Assembly: GCA_963789825.1 (NCBI GenBank) | Contig: CAWBME010000005.1 | Coordinates: 257,239-321,238 of the forward strand | Length of the DNA stretch: 64,000 nt | DNA from: an uncultured Chloroflexia bacterium | Lineage (GTDB): Bacteria; Chloroflexota; Anaerolineae; Anaerolineales; E44-bin32 | Reading direction: 5' to 3' | Shown: one piece after another, positions 34,968 through 44,379 of the stretch | Layout: every line of letters begins with the position of its first letter | Numbering within the stretch: the stretch's first letter is position 1 | Program-made: the position numbers and the translations under genes | The notes under the pieces: model-generated | Database searches by the model: none | What the model saw: only the letters and a program-made list of their open reading frames with translations | What the model was told of the DNA's origin: nothing

Positions 34968-36197
34968 ATGCCGCCGTTTCCGCTCCACCTCGAGTCCCTG
35001 GTCGGCCAGTACGGCAGCTACCTGGTCTTCTTGCTGATCGGTATCGCCTTCGGCTATGCGTTGGAGATTGCCGGCTTCGGCAACTCCATCAAGCTGGCCA
35101 ACCAGTTCTACCTGAAAGACATGACCGTGCTCAAAGTGATGTTCACGGCGATCGTCGTGGCCATGGTGCTGATTTTCGGTGCCAGTGCCCTCGGCTTGCT
35201 GGACGTCAACCTGATCTGGGTCAATCCCACCTACCTGATCCCGGGGCTCGTCGGCGGCCTGATCATGGGCGTTGGCTTCATCGTCGGCGGCTTCTGCCCC
35301 GGCACCTCGGTGGTGGCAATGGCCACCTGGAAGATCGACGGCCTGTTCTATGTGCTGGGCACGCTGTTCGGCATCTTCCTGTTCGGTGAGACCGTCGACA
35401 ACTTCAGCGCCTTCTGGAACTCGACCTACATGGGCCGGTTGATGCTGCCCGAATGGCTGGGCGTGGATACCGGCGTGGTCGTGGTGGGCGTCGTGCTGAT
35501 GGCGATCGGTATGTTCGCCGGCGCCGAGCAGCTGGAGCGCATCTTTGGCAAGAAGGACCTGAAGGCCGAGCCGCGCCGGCGTTTCGTCGGCGCCGGGGCA
35601 CTGGTCGGGTTGGCGGTGGTGGTTGCGCTGATCGGTCAGCCGACCACCAAAGACCGCTGGCAGGCCGTATCCAGCGTCAAGGAAGCGGCGCTTGCCGAGC
35701 GGCAGGTCCAGATCGAGCCCGGGGAGCTGCTGAACCTGCTGCACGACCACGAGCTCAAGCCGATGCTGCTCGATGTGCGCGACGAGGCAGACTACAACCT
35801 GTTCCATCTCGAACGGGCGATGCACGTGACGCCGGAGATGTTGCCCGAGCGGCTGGAGGAGTTCCAGCTCGAGGGCCCGACGACGGTGTTCGTGGTGATG
35901 AGCAATGATGAGCAGGCGGCAACAGAAGTATGGAAGACGCTGGTGGCCGAGAGTGTGCCCAACGTCTACGTCCTCTCGGGCGGCGTCAACGGCTGGCTCG
36001 ACACCTTTGCCGCCGAGGATGAGCGCATCCAGCCGGCGGAGCCCGGCGCGCCGGACGCGCTGCGCTACACCTTCGCCGCGGCGCTGGGCTCAACCTACCC
36101 GGCCGCCGATCCGAACCCCGGGGAGTATGCGTTGGAGTACCCGACGAAGATCAAGCTAGAACTGAAGCGCGGCCCGACCGGCGGCGGCTGCGGTTGA
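34968..36197 (+). CDS. YeeE/YedE family transporter half fused to a rhodanese-homology domain; C-terminal GGGCG tail
   Basis: GGGAGG RBS. ...IMGVGFIVGGFCPGTSVV... belongs to the membrane domain. The rhodanese-like region (...MLLDVRDEADYNLFHLERAMHV...VFVVMSNDEQAATEVW...VLSGGVNGW) has Ser where the catalytic Cys is expected. The protein ends ...KIKLELKRGPTGGGCG. Confidence 0.75.
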   Translation: MPPFPLHLESLVGQYGSYLVFLLIGIAFGYALEIAGFGNSIKLANQFYLKDMTVLKVMFTAIVVAMVLIFGASALGLLDVNLIWVNPTYLIPGLVGGLIMGVGFIVGGFCPGTSVVAMATWKIDGLFYVLGTLFGIFLFGETVDNFSAFWNSTYMGRLMLPEWLGVDTGVVVVGVVLMAIGMFAGAEQLERIFGKKDLKAEPRRRFVGAGALVGLAVVVALIGQPTTKDRWQAVSSVKEAALAERQVQIEPGELLNLLHDHELKPMLLDVRDEADYNLFHLERAMHVTPEMLPERLEEFQLEGPTTVFVVMSNDEQAATEVWKTLVAESVPNVYVLSGGVNGWLDTFAAEDERIQPAEPGAPDALRYTFAAALGSTYPAADPNPGEYALEYPTKIKLELKRGPTGGGCG

Positions 36198-36235
36198 AAC
36201 CGCCAGACTGAGGCCGATCCCTGCGCCTCTGCCGA

Positions 36236-36278
36236 GCGACCCGCCAGGTCAAGGTGCGAACCGAGACCGGCGGGTCGC
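36236..36278. terminator. Hairpin between convergent genes (possible terminator)
   Basis: GCGACCCGCC ... GGCGGGTCGC forms a 10-bp stem with a 23-nt loop, followed by TGCGTTTGG. Confidence 0.35.
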
Positions 36279-36342
36279 TGCGTTTGGATCAAGACCCATA
36301 GCGGTGGCGGCGGTGAGGGAGTCCTCGCTGACCAGGGTTCGT

Positions 36343-37161
36343 TCAAGCCCGCTGCAACGTGCCGCCCAGCCACACGGCGCGTTCAACCTCGGCGCCACTT
36401 GGCAACAAGCGCGGCAGCAACCCCGCCAGGCGCTGCGGGTCACCGGTGGTGAATAGCCGGGGCGGGCCGGGCTGACCTCGGACTGCCGTCAGGCGGCGCT
36501 CAGTGAGCAGTCGGGCCGCCTGGCGGGCAACGGCCGGCGAGGGGTCGATCACTTGAACGCCCGGTCCGGCCAGTTCCTCAATCAGCGGGATCACGAATGG
36601 GTAGTGGGTGCAGCCGAGCACCAGCGTGTCGACGCCGCGCGCCAGCAAAGGCGCAAGGCCGCGCTGCACAATCGCTCGCGTCTCCGGCCCATCGAAATCG
36701 CCGGCCTCGATGCGCTCGACCAGGCCGGGGAGGGTCTGGGGGATCACTTCGACGCCGCCGGCGAAGCGCTCGACGACCGAGGCGAACAGCTCGCCCTGGA
36801 AGGTGGCCGGCGTGGCCAGCACGCCCACCACCTTGCTGCGGGTGGTCGCCGCCGCCGGCTTGACGGCAGGTTCCATCCCCACAAAGGGGACTTCCGGGAA
36901 GGTCCGGCGCAAGTGCTGCAGCGCGGCGGCGGAGGCCGTGTTGCAGGCCACGACGATCAGCTTGGCGGCGTGATCCAGCAGGAAGCGGGTGATGCCCTCG
37001 GAGAAGGCCTGGACCTGCTCAAGGGGCCTGGGACCGTAGGGGACATGCGCCTGATCGGCGAGGTAGACGACAGACTCATCCGGCAGGGTGCTGCGGATCT
37101 GACGCAACACCGAGAGCCCGCCGAGGCCTGAATCAAACACGCCGATGGGGGATTCGCGCAT
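36343..37161 (-). CDS. murI: Glutamate racemase
   Basis: MRESPIGVFDSGLGGLSVL..., ...VVACNTASAAAL..., ...LGCTHYPF.... Confidence 0.92.
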   Translation of the reverse strand: MRESPIGVFDSGLGGLSVLRQIRSTLPDESVVYLADQAHVPYGPRPLEQVQAFSEGITRFLLDHAAKLIVVACNTASAAALQHLRRTFPEVPFVGMEPAVKPAAATTRSKVVGVLATPATFQGELFASVVERFAGGVEVIPQTLPGLVERIEAGDFDGPETRAIVQRGLAPLLARGVDTLVLGCTHYPFVIPLIEELAGPGVQVIDPSPAVARQAARLLTERRLTAVRGQPGPPRLFTTGDPQRLAGLLPRLLPSGAEVERAVWLGGTLQRA

Positions 37162-37195
37162 GGCCGTCGATGCTGGACCCGGGTCGGACCGGCGG

Positions 37196-37924
37196 CTAGC
37201 CCGCCGCGCCCCGGGCTGCGGCGATCAAGCCGGTGAATAGGGCTGCCGAGCGATCTTCCGCCGGCATCCGCTCGGGGTGCCATTGTACTCCGAGGTAATG
37301 GGGATGGCCCTCCAACTCCGCCGCCTCAATCACGCCGTCGGGCGCGAAGGCCGTAGGTCGCAGTCCGGATCCAGGCAGGTCGATCGCCTGGTGATGGGCG
37401 CTGTTGACCTGCAGGATCGTGGCACCGAGGCAGGCCGTCAGCGCACTGCCGTCGGTGACGGTCACTGCATGGACCGGCTGCTCGGAGGGTTGATCGTCCG
37501 CATCGTGACGGATGGGACCGGGGCGCTGGCTGGGCAGGTCTTGGAACAGCGTGCCGCCGGCGGCGACGTTGATCAGCTGCAGGCCGCGGCAGATCGCCAG
37601 CAGCGGGCTGCCCTCGTCCGCCGCCCAGCGGGCAAGCTGCAGTTCGGTCTCGTCCCGGGCGGCATCCAGGCTGTGCAGGCCGTCGATGGGCGTCTGGCCA
37701 TAGCGCTGCGGCGAGACATCGCCGCCTCCGGTCAGCAGCAGCCCGTCTAGCCGCTGATAGAGCACGCGCAGCGTATCGCCGAGGAGGCCATAGGGGATCA
37801 ACAGCGGCAGGCCACCGGCGCGTTCAACCGCTCGCACGTAGGCCTGGATGCGGTCGGCGAGTGGACCCGAGGACTTGCTCGTAGGCAGCGTTGTGGTCAG
37901 GCCGATCAGTGGTGCCTGAAGCAT
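37196..37924 (-). CDS. Class I glutamine amidotransferase, peptidase C26 / gamma-glutamyl-GABA hydrolase (PuuD)-like
   Basis: Only the last 242 aa of ORF 37196..38746 are protein-like: MLQAPLIGLT...LLAICRGLQLINVAAGGTL...VNSAHHQAI...LGVQWHPE. Confidence 0.8.
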   Translation of the reverse strand: MLQAPLIGLTTTLPTSKSSGPLADRIQAYVRAVERAGGLPLLIPYGLLGDTLRVLYQRLDGLLLTGGGDVSPQRYGQTPIDGLHSLDAARDETELQLARWAADEGSPLLAICRGLQLINVAAGGTLFQDLPSQRPGPIRHDADDQPSEQPVHAVTVTDGSALTACLGATILQVNSAHHQAIDLPGSGLRPTAFAPDGVIEAAELEGHPHYLGVQWHPERMPAEDRSAALFTGLIAAARGAAG

Positions 37925-37950
37925 CTCGCCTCGCTCGCCCGAAACAAGAA

Positions 37951-37975
37951 GCGGGTTCGGGCTTGACCCGAACCC
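37951..37975 (-). terminator. Intrinsic terminator downstream of rplS
   Basis: The minus-strand RNA CGGGUUCGGG-UCAAG-CCCGAACCCG forms a 10-bp stem, followed by CUUCUUGUUUCGGG. Confidence 0.6.
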
Positions 37976-38040
37976 GACACATGTCGAGCTTGGAACTGTT
38001 GCGCGGCGCGGATCCGACACGCTGTCCGCCGCGCTCGTAG

Positions 38041-38391
38041 CTAGGCCTTGCGCTTCTCGGTCAGCCGTGCTCGCTTGCCCGTGCGGCCGCGCAGGTAGTA
38101 CAGCTGCGCCCGGCGCACGCGTGCCTGGCGTTGAACCTCGACCTTTTCGATGCGCGGCGAGCGAAGCAGAAAGGTGCGCTCGACGCCGATGCCATGCGAG
38201 GCGGTGCGGCGGACGGTGAAGTTGGCGTTGTTGCCGCCGTTGCGCAGGCGGATCACCGTGCCGCGGAACTCCTGGATGCGCTCGCGGTCGCCTTCCTTGA
38301 TCCGGACATGCACGTTGACCGTGTCGCCAGGGTTGAGCTGGGGGATGTTGGGATTGGCCGCAGCTTCCACGGCTCTCAACGTTTCCTGCAT
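38041..38391 (-). CDS. rplS: 50S ribosomal protein L19
   Basis: [86 protein letters not shown].... Confidence 0.93.
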   Translation of the reverse strand: MQETLRAVEAAANPNIPQLNPGDTVNVHVRIKEGDRERIQEFRGTVIRLRNGGNNANFTVRRTASHGIGVERTFLLRSPRIEKVEVQRQARVRRAQLYYLRGRTGKRARLTEKRKA

Positions 38392-38422
38392 GATGACCCA
38401 TCCTTGCCTGAGGGCAAACGAC

Positions 38423-38486
38423 CGCCGCCCCACGCTTCCGGGCGGCGCAGGCAGGCATTTTACCACGGTCTGGGCACCCCTGTCCA
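38423..38486 (-). promoter_or_regulatory. Putative sigma-70-type promoter plus 5' leader hairpin of rplS
   Basis: On the minus strand, TGGACA (38481-38486) is followed by an 18-nt spacer and TG-n-TAAAAT (the -10 box at 38457-38462). Downstream is an 8-bp leader hairpin CGCCGCCC/GGGCGGCG (38423-38447). Confidence 0.35.
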
Positions 38487-38828
38487 TGCCGCGCGGAGTT
38501 CAGCCGGCGGGTGCGCCCCTGCGGGCAGGAAGGGCTCCACGCAGGGGAACCCCCACCCCCGCCCCCCGCACTCCCCCTGTCCGGGGGTGCGTTCCCAGGG
38601 GCTCGAGGTTCGTCACTGGGGAGGGTTGATGGGGGCTGTGGGCGGGGCTGCCTCGGCGACCCAGCTTCCCTGCACGGGCCTGGCCGGCCTTGACCAGGCG
38701 CCGAAGCTCGGTGAAGCGAGGTTCGGGCACCGCCGTTGAGCGCCATACGGGATGGAGCCGATGGGGCGGTGACAATGCTCAGGCTCCGGTTCTGAGGGGG
38801 TGAGGCAATGCCCAGGCGGGGGCCGCCG

Positions 38829-39809
38829 TCAAGGCGCTTGCCGGTAGGCGACGTACAAGTCAGCCTCGATCAGCTTCCCTTCCTCGACAAAATGGTGCAC
38901 GAAAACAAGATTCCCGGCGGGGTCCAGCGTCGGCTCGCCGGCGAAGCTCGAGACGATGAGCTCAGCCGAGCCCCAATCCACGCCGGCCCAACGTGCGCGG
39001 TAGACGGCGGGGGCCCCCTGATACCAACGCGTGAACCACAGTTCCTTGCCGTCGGGCGTCAGGTACGGCCAGCCTTCGTCCTCAGGCGTGTTCACCGCTG
39101 CCAGTGCGGTCGGGGCGGACCAGCCGTCCCCCACTCGGACCGTTGTCCACAAGTCACGGCCGCTTCCCGTCTCGCTCTCGCCATGGAACACCATCCGGCT
39201 TCCGTCGGCGGAGAGATGCATCTCGCCCGCCTGCAGGTCGCGGTTGAGCTGCTCGCCGGCGTTGCGCCACCCCGAGGCCACACCCTGGCGTAGCGTGGCT
39301 GTCCACAAGTCAACATCCCGGAAGTTGCCCGGGCGGGCGGAGCAGAACCAAAGTTGCTCACCGAGGAGGAACGGGCACCCGTCCAACGCGGGCTGCCCGA
39401 GGTCCTGGAGTTCAAGGAGTACGGGCTCGCCCCAGTCACCGGTGCTAGCTGTGGAGAGGTAAATGCCGGTGACCCCGTCGCCGACCTGCTGCTCTGCCGG
39501 TATGGCCAGATCGGGCGTGAACCAGAACAACAGGCTCTGACCGTCCGCCGAAAGGAATGGCAAGTCCTCGGCTCCGGCGGTGTTGATCGGGCCGGGCAGA
39601 GGAACGGGATCGGACCAGCCAGGGTTGTGAACCCTCGGTGGATAGCGGTCGGTGTCCGGAGTCCGCTTCACGGCCTGCTGCGGGATCTGGGTCAAGCGCG
39701 AGGTTGGCGCGACCGTCGCCGTGGGAGGCGCAGGTGCACATCCCGAAAGAAGGACGGAGAAGGTCAGGGACCAGGCGGCGACTTGGCTTGCTCTGAGAGA
39801 GCTCATCAA
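38829..39809 (-). CDS. Secreted TolB-like beta-propeller lipoprotein
   Basis: Lipobox ...FSVLLSGC.... Repeats: LSADGQSLLFW, LSADGSRMVFH, LTPDGKELWFT. Confidence 0.7.
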   Translation of the reverse strand: MMSSLRASQVAAWSLTFSVLLSGCAPAPPTATVAPTSRLTQIPQQAVKRTPDTDRYPPRVHNPGWSDPVPLPGPINTAGAEDLPFLSADGQSLLFWFTPDLAIPAEQQVGDGVTGIYLSTASTGDWGEPVLLELQDLGQPALDGCPFLLGEQLWFCSARPGNFRDVDLWTATLRQGVASGWRNAGEQLNRDLQAGEMHLSADGSRMVFHGESETGSGRDLWTTVRVGDGWSAPTALAAVNTPEDEGWPYLTPDGKELWFTRWYQGAPAVYRARWAGVDWGSAELIVSSFAGEPTLDPAGNLVFVHHFVEEGKLIEADLYVAYRQAP

Positions 39810-40066
39810 TCGATCATGGCGGATTCATACAGAGATACAGCCTGTCGGCGGCGCAGGTTGCGCTGGGTCCGGCCAGGCGATCAGGCTGGAAGCGCAGGCG
39901 CCAGCTGCCAGCTCGCGCTCTTGGGCGGGGGCCCCGGCCGCGTGGTGGGCCGATCCTGTGAGGGCCTCGACCACCGTGCGCGTGCTGCCAGGAAGGGAGC
40001 CTCGCCGGGGGACCTCGTTCGACCCGGGCCCGCCCAGCCGAACGCGACCCCCGGACCCGACCGGCC

Positions 40067-40600
40067 TCAAGTCGGGATCAGGGACTTCCGCGCCAGCAAC
40101 AGCCCGGCGAGCGACTTGGCATCCTCCAGCATTCCGGACTCGACCAGGCGCGCCAGCCCTGTCAGGGGGACCTTCTTGATCTGCAAGTCCTCATCGGCAT
40201 CCGGCTCCAGCGGTGCCGGGGTGAGCGCGCCAACCAGGTACAGGTGGAGGTACTCGCTCGAGTAGCCTGGAGCCAGGTAGAAGCCCCCGAGGCGCTTGAT
40301 CCTTCCCGGTGACATGCCGATTTCCTCGCGGCATTCGCGCACGGCGCACGCCTCGGGTGTCTCCCCGGGCTCGAGCGTCCCCGCCGGCAGTTCGAGCATC
40401 ATCTTGCCGCAGGAATGCCGGTACTGGCGCACGAACCAGACGTTGCCCTCGCTGTCAAGCGGCACCAAGGTGATGGCCTGCGGATGATCGACGACCTCGA
40501 CCTGCATCGTCTCGCCATCCGGCCGGCGCACCGTGTCGACGTGGACCGAGAAGGCCCGGCCGTGGAAGCTCTCTTCGGATCCGAGGACAGTGTAGGACAT
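40067..40600 (-). CDS. NUDIX hydrolase (ADP-ribose pyrophosphatase-like)
   Basis: Nudix box GTLEPGETPEACAVRECREEIG. I chose the internal start MSYTVLGSEE. Confidence 0.85.
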   Translation of the reverse strand: MSYTVLGSEESFHGRAFSVHVDTVRRPDGETMQVEVVDHPQAITLVPLDSEGNVWFVRQYRHSCGKMMLELPAGTLEPGETPEACAVRECREEIGMSPGRIKRLGGFYLAPGYSSEYLHLYLVGALTPAPLEPDADEDLQIKKVPLTGLARLVESGMLEDAKSLAGLLLARKSLIPT

Positions 40601-40741
40601 CAGCCTGGTCTCCTGCTCGCGGCCCACCCCAGTGTTCGGGGCCTGCGTGAATGAACGGGGTTCGGACATCGTCCGAACCCCGGCGGAATTCGCTCGCGCG
40701 TGCAGCGGCTGATCAGCAGGCTTGATGCTGCCAGCAGGACC

Positions 40742-41263
40742 TCAGCTCTCGCAGGGGATCGTCAGCTCCTGACCCGGGAAGATCAGCCAGGGGGAGACAA
40801 TGTTGTTGGCGGCGGCGATCTCCTTCCAGAAATCCGGATCATAGCCCAGGTTGATCGAGATGCGGAACAGCCGATCCCCTGGCTTGACCACGTACTTGTA
40901 CGGGCAGCTGGGCCGGGCGGTAGGGACGGCTGTCGCCACCAGCGCCGGGGTCGGGGTCACCAGCGGGGTCGTCAGAAGCCCCGTGGGCGTCGGTGGGGCG
41001 GCCGTCGGGACAGTTCCACCGGGTGCCTGCGTCGCCTGGGGCTGTGCGCCGCCGCCCGCCGCCTGGGCAGTCTGTGTCAGCAGCGCGTAGCGCACGGCCT
41101 CCATCGTGGCCTGCAGGCCGGAAGAGGCCCCGGGGGTGCCGGCAGGCGTGCCGGCGCCTCCCGTGGCGGGTGGCGGGGTGGACGCGCTCCGGCTGCAGGC
41201 GGAGGCGGTCAGAAGCAGCAGCAGCGCCAGCAGCAAGTAGGGCAAACGGCGCGAGACCAACAT
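40742..41263 (-). CDS. LysM-domain lipoprotein with a Pro/Thr/Ala-rich linker
   Basis: Lipobox LLLTASAC. C-terminal LysM domain YKYVVKPGDRLFRISINLGYDPDFWKEIAAANNIVSPWLIFPGQELTIP. Confidence 0.8.
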   Translation of the reverse strand: MLVSRRLPYLLLALLLLLTASACSRSASTPPPATGGAGTPAGTPGASSGLQATMEAVRYALLTQTAQAAGGGAQPQATQAPGGTVPTAAPPTPTGLLTTPLVTPTPALVATAVPTARPSCPYKYVVKPGDRLFRISINLGYDPDFWKEIAAANNIVSPWLIFPGQELTIPCES

Positions 41264-41478
41264 TGGTTCCTCCCGTGGGTCCTCCGGGGATCGGACGCAG
41301 ACCCAGACGCCCCAACGGCCGGCATGCTAGCACAGCCGTAGGGGAGCGTCAAGCGGCCATGAGGGCCCAGCGCTCCATCGGTGCAAGACTCGTGCCGCGC
41401 GGCAGCCTTGCCAGCGCCAGGTGCGGACGGCGGAATCGGGTGGGGGCAACCCGACTGGGCAGCCCGGCCCGGTGCGTC

Positions 41479-42643
41479 TCAGTGCAAGCTTTGCAGGATG
41501 GTGGTGACGATGGTGGCGCCGGAGCCACCGACGTTCTGGGCCATGCCGAGGTGTGCCCGGCTCAGCTGATTGCGACCGGCCTCTCCCCACAACTGGCGCA
41601 CCACCTCGACGATCTGGTACACGCCGGTTGCACCGACCGGGTGGCCGCGTGCCTTGAGGCCGCCATGCGTGGCGATCGGCAGTCGGCCATCCGCCCCCAG
41701 CTCACCGTCCAAACCCATCCGGGGGCCCTGACCGGGCGCGGCGAAGCCGCCCGCCTCGAGCGAGAGGGCGGACATGATGGAGAAGGCGTCGTGCAGCTCG
41801 AAGAAGTCGATGTCCTTAGGCCCAACCCCGGCCATGGCGTAGGCTCGAGCAGCCGAACTCCTCGGCTGCCTGCAGGCGCAGCGGCTCGCGCCGATCGTGG
41901 ATGGCGAGGCTGTCGGTGGCGCTGGCACTGCCCGCCACACGCAGCGGGGCGCGGCCCGAGCGCGGGGAGAAGCGGTCCAGCGGCGCCAGCAACACGGCCG
42001 CCGCTCCGTCGCCGATCGGGGAGGCGTCCAGCAAGTTGATCGGATCGCAGATCATGCGCGCCTTGCGATACGCCTCGGCGCTGATGCGATCCTGCAGCCG
42101 GGCATAGGGATTGCGCGAGGCGTTGTCATGCGCCACGATCGAGAAGGGGGCGAAGTCCTCGTGCTTCCAGCCATACTCGTACATATAGCGCTGCATGATC
42201 AGCGCGTTCAGGGCGACGAAGCTTGGGCCATGCGGCACTTCGAAATCGGCATCCGCCGCCGAGGCCAGGCCGAGCGTCACTTCGGAGACGAGCGTTTCGG
42301 TCATCTTCTCGACGCCGACCACCAGCGCCACGTCGACTTGGCCCGAGGCGACCGCCAACCATCCGGCGCGGAACGCCGAACCCCCCGAGGCGCAGGCGGA
42401 CTCGGCCTTGAAGGCCTCGATCCCGCGCAGACCGGACCAGTCGGCGATCTGGGCACCCAGGTTCAGCTGGCCGTGGCGGCCGCAGGCTGCCAGCATGTTG
42501 GCGACGACCAATAGATCGACCGAGTCGACGCCGGCATCCTGGCGCACAGCCTGCACGGCGGCGCCGGCGAGCTCGAGGGTTGATTGCCCCCAGTGCTCGC
42601 CGACGGGCAGCATGCCGTATCCGAGAACGCCTACGTTTCGCAT
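41479..42643 (-). CDS. Thiolase-like protein (archaeal / SCP-x type acetyl-CoA acetyltransferase), paralog 1; apparent frameshift near 41875
   Basis: ...GIEAFKAESACASGGSAFRAGWLAVASGQVDVALVVGVEKM... carries the nucleophile Cys. The C-terminus (...DIDFFELHDAFSI...GGLKARGHPVGATGV...) is in ORF 41479..41940. Confidence 0.8.
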
Positions 42644-42716
42644 CGCACCTTGACAAGCGGACAGCCTGCCGGCAGAGTGACCCAGCAGGCTGTCCGGCGA
42701 GTGTCGTCCGGAGGTT

Positions 42717-43115
42717 TCAGGCCGCCAACAGCGGGCGGAACTTGTAGCCGTAGACCAGCATGCCGCGCTCGCCGTCCGAGCGCAGCCGGCGGGTAACCAT
42801 CTCGACAGGCATGCCGATTTCCACCGACTGGTCCCCCAGGTCGGTGAGCTGAGCGGTCACCATCGGGCCCTCCGCCAGCCGAACCAGGGCGACGGTGTAG
42901 GGGGCCGTCTCCTCATAGCCGGCGGGAGGCGTATGGACGGTGGTGAAGGAGTAGACCTCGCCCCGGCCGCTGAAGGCATAGGCCGTGCGCGCTTCCTGCC
43001 CGCAGTCCGGGCAGACGTCACGCGGCGGGAAGATCTTGACCTGGCAGTGCGGGCACATCTCGCCCACCAGGGAGTAGCGCTGCTGCCTCAAACGCCAATG
43101 TCGGGATACTTCCAT
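42717..43115 (-). CDS. DUF35 OB-fold / zinc-ribbon protein (thiolase-HMGS scaffold type)
   Basis: ...GEMCPHCQVKIFPPRDVCPDCG... (rubredoxin-like ribbon) followed by an OB-fold (...YTVALVRLAEGPMVTAQL...). Confidence 0.85.
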   Translation of the reverse strand: MEVSRHWRLRQQRYSLVGEMCPHCQVKIFPPRDVCPDCGQEARTAYAFSGRGEVYSFTTVHTPPAGYEETAPYTVALVRLAEGPMVTAQLTDLGDQSVEIGMPVEMVTRRLRSDGERGMLVYGYKFRPLLAA

Positions 43116-43188
43116 AAAGGCACCTCTTCCACGTTGTGCAGGCCGAGTCTAGGCCCGAGCCCCTGTCAAGAACTATCAGGCTGGCGCC

Positions 43189-44379
43189 TCAGCTCTCCAT
43201 CCGGCTCAGGACGTGGGTGGCGGCGGTCGCCCCGGCTCCGCCGATGCACTGGGCAGCCCCAACCCGGGCCCCGGGGACCTGGTTTTCCCCCGCCCGTCCC
43301 TGGAGTTGCAGCGTCAGTTCCGCCAGCTGGTAGACCCCGGTGGCCCCGCCGGCATCGCCGCGGGCCTTCGACCCGCCGAAGGTCAGGATTGGCAGGCTGC
43401 CGCCGCGGCCGAACGCCCCCTCGCCGGCCAGATGCCAGGCCTGCCCGCGCGGTGCCAGGCCTGCCGCCTCCAGCGAGAGCGCAGCCTGGATGCTGAACAG
43501 GTCGTGCAGTTCGAACAGGTCCAGGTCATCCGGGGTGGCGCCGGCCTGGGCGAGGGCGCGTTGAAACGATAGCGATCCGGCAGGCATCGCCAGCGGGTCC
43601 GGCTGATCGTGCAGCGCGACCGGTGCCGTGGCCACGGCCGAGCCAGCAACGACAACCGATGGCCGGTCAGCAGTGCGCGGCAGCAAGCCGGCGCGGGTGA
43701 GCACCAGCGCCGCCGCACCGTCGGCCATCGGTGCGGCATCCAGCTGACCCACGGGTGGGGCGACGGGCCCAGCCTGGAGGTAGTCGGTCAGCGTGATCGC
43801 ACGTCGGTAGATGGCGTTGGGGTTGGTGATGGCGTTCTGATGCGCCTGCAGGGAGAAGGGCGCCAGGGCTGCCTCGGGAGCGCCCGATTCGAGCAGGTAG
43901 CGGCGCATCAACAGCGCTGCCTGCGCCGCCGGTGTCATGCCCTGGACGGCCTCGAAATCGGCGTCGACGCTCATGGCAATGGCGGCGTCGACCAGCGGAC
44001 CGGTGCGGTCGGTGACCTTCTCGACTCCGACGACCAGCACGCAGTCGACCTGCCCGGAGAGCAGGGCCAGATATCCCTGGCGGAAGGCGACGCCCCCGGA
44101 GGCGCCTGCCGCTTCGAAGCTGAGGGCCTCGATCCCGCGCTGCCCGATGAAATCGGCGATCAGCACGCCGAGATGCGTCTGGCCGGACAAGGCGGGGGCA
44201 TACATGTTGCCGACATAGAGCGCCTGGGGTTGCAGACCGCCGGCATCCTGCTGGGCGCGCTCCGTGGCGCGCAACGCCAGCTGGCGCAGCGAGACATCCC
44301 AATGCTCACCGACCGGCGTGATGCCCACGCCGGCGACGACGACCGCCTGATCGGGATCGGAAATGGCGCCGGCAGTCAT
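43189..44379 (-). CDS. Thiolase-like protein, paralog 2, lacking the nucleophile Cys (Gly at that position)
   Basis: Collinear with paralog 1 but reads ...[41 protein letters not shown].... The codon is GGC (checked on the DNA). Confidence 0.8.
   Translation of the reverse strand: MTAGAISDPDQAVVVAGVGITPVGEHWDVSLRQLALRATERAQQDAGGLQPQALYVGNMYAPALSGQTHLGVLIADFIGQRGIEALSFEAAGASGGVAFRQGYLALLSGQVDCVLVVGVEKVTDRTGPLVDAAIAMSVDADFEAVQGMTPAAQAALLMRRYLLESGAPEAALAPFSLQAHQNAITNPNAIYRRAITLTDYLQAGPVAPPVGQLDAAPMADGAAALVLTRAGLLPRTADRPSVVVAGSAVATAPVALHDQPDPLAMPAGSLSFQRALAQAGATPDDLDLFELHDLFSIQAALSLEAAGLAPRGQAWHLAGEGAFGRGGSLPILTFGGSKARGDAGGATGVYQLAELTLQLQGRAGENQVPGARVGAAQCIGGAGATAATHVLSRMES

Noticed and set aside
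37925-38746. N-terminal ~270 aa of the 516-aa ORF 37196..38746, which would swallow rplS and its upstream region
   Set aside because: That part is low-complexity (PGRP..., RRR...) and overlaps rplS, which lies in another frame of the same strand. The recognisable glutamine amidotransferase begins at MLQAPLIG (37924).
38488-38828. Possible SRP (4.5S) RNA because of a CCAGG...GAAG...AAGC-like stretch
   Set aside because: The conserved domain IV pattern (GGAA-type tetraloop flanked by the symmetric AGCA/GGAA loop) is not reproduced on either strand. The resemblance is superficial.
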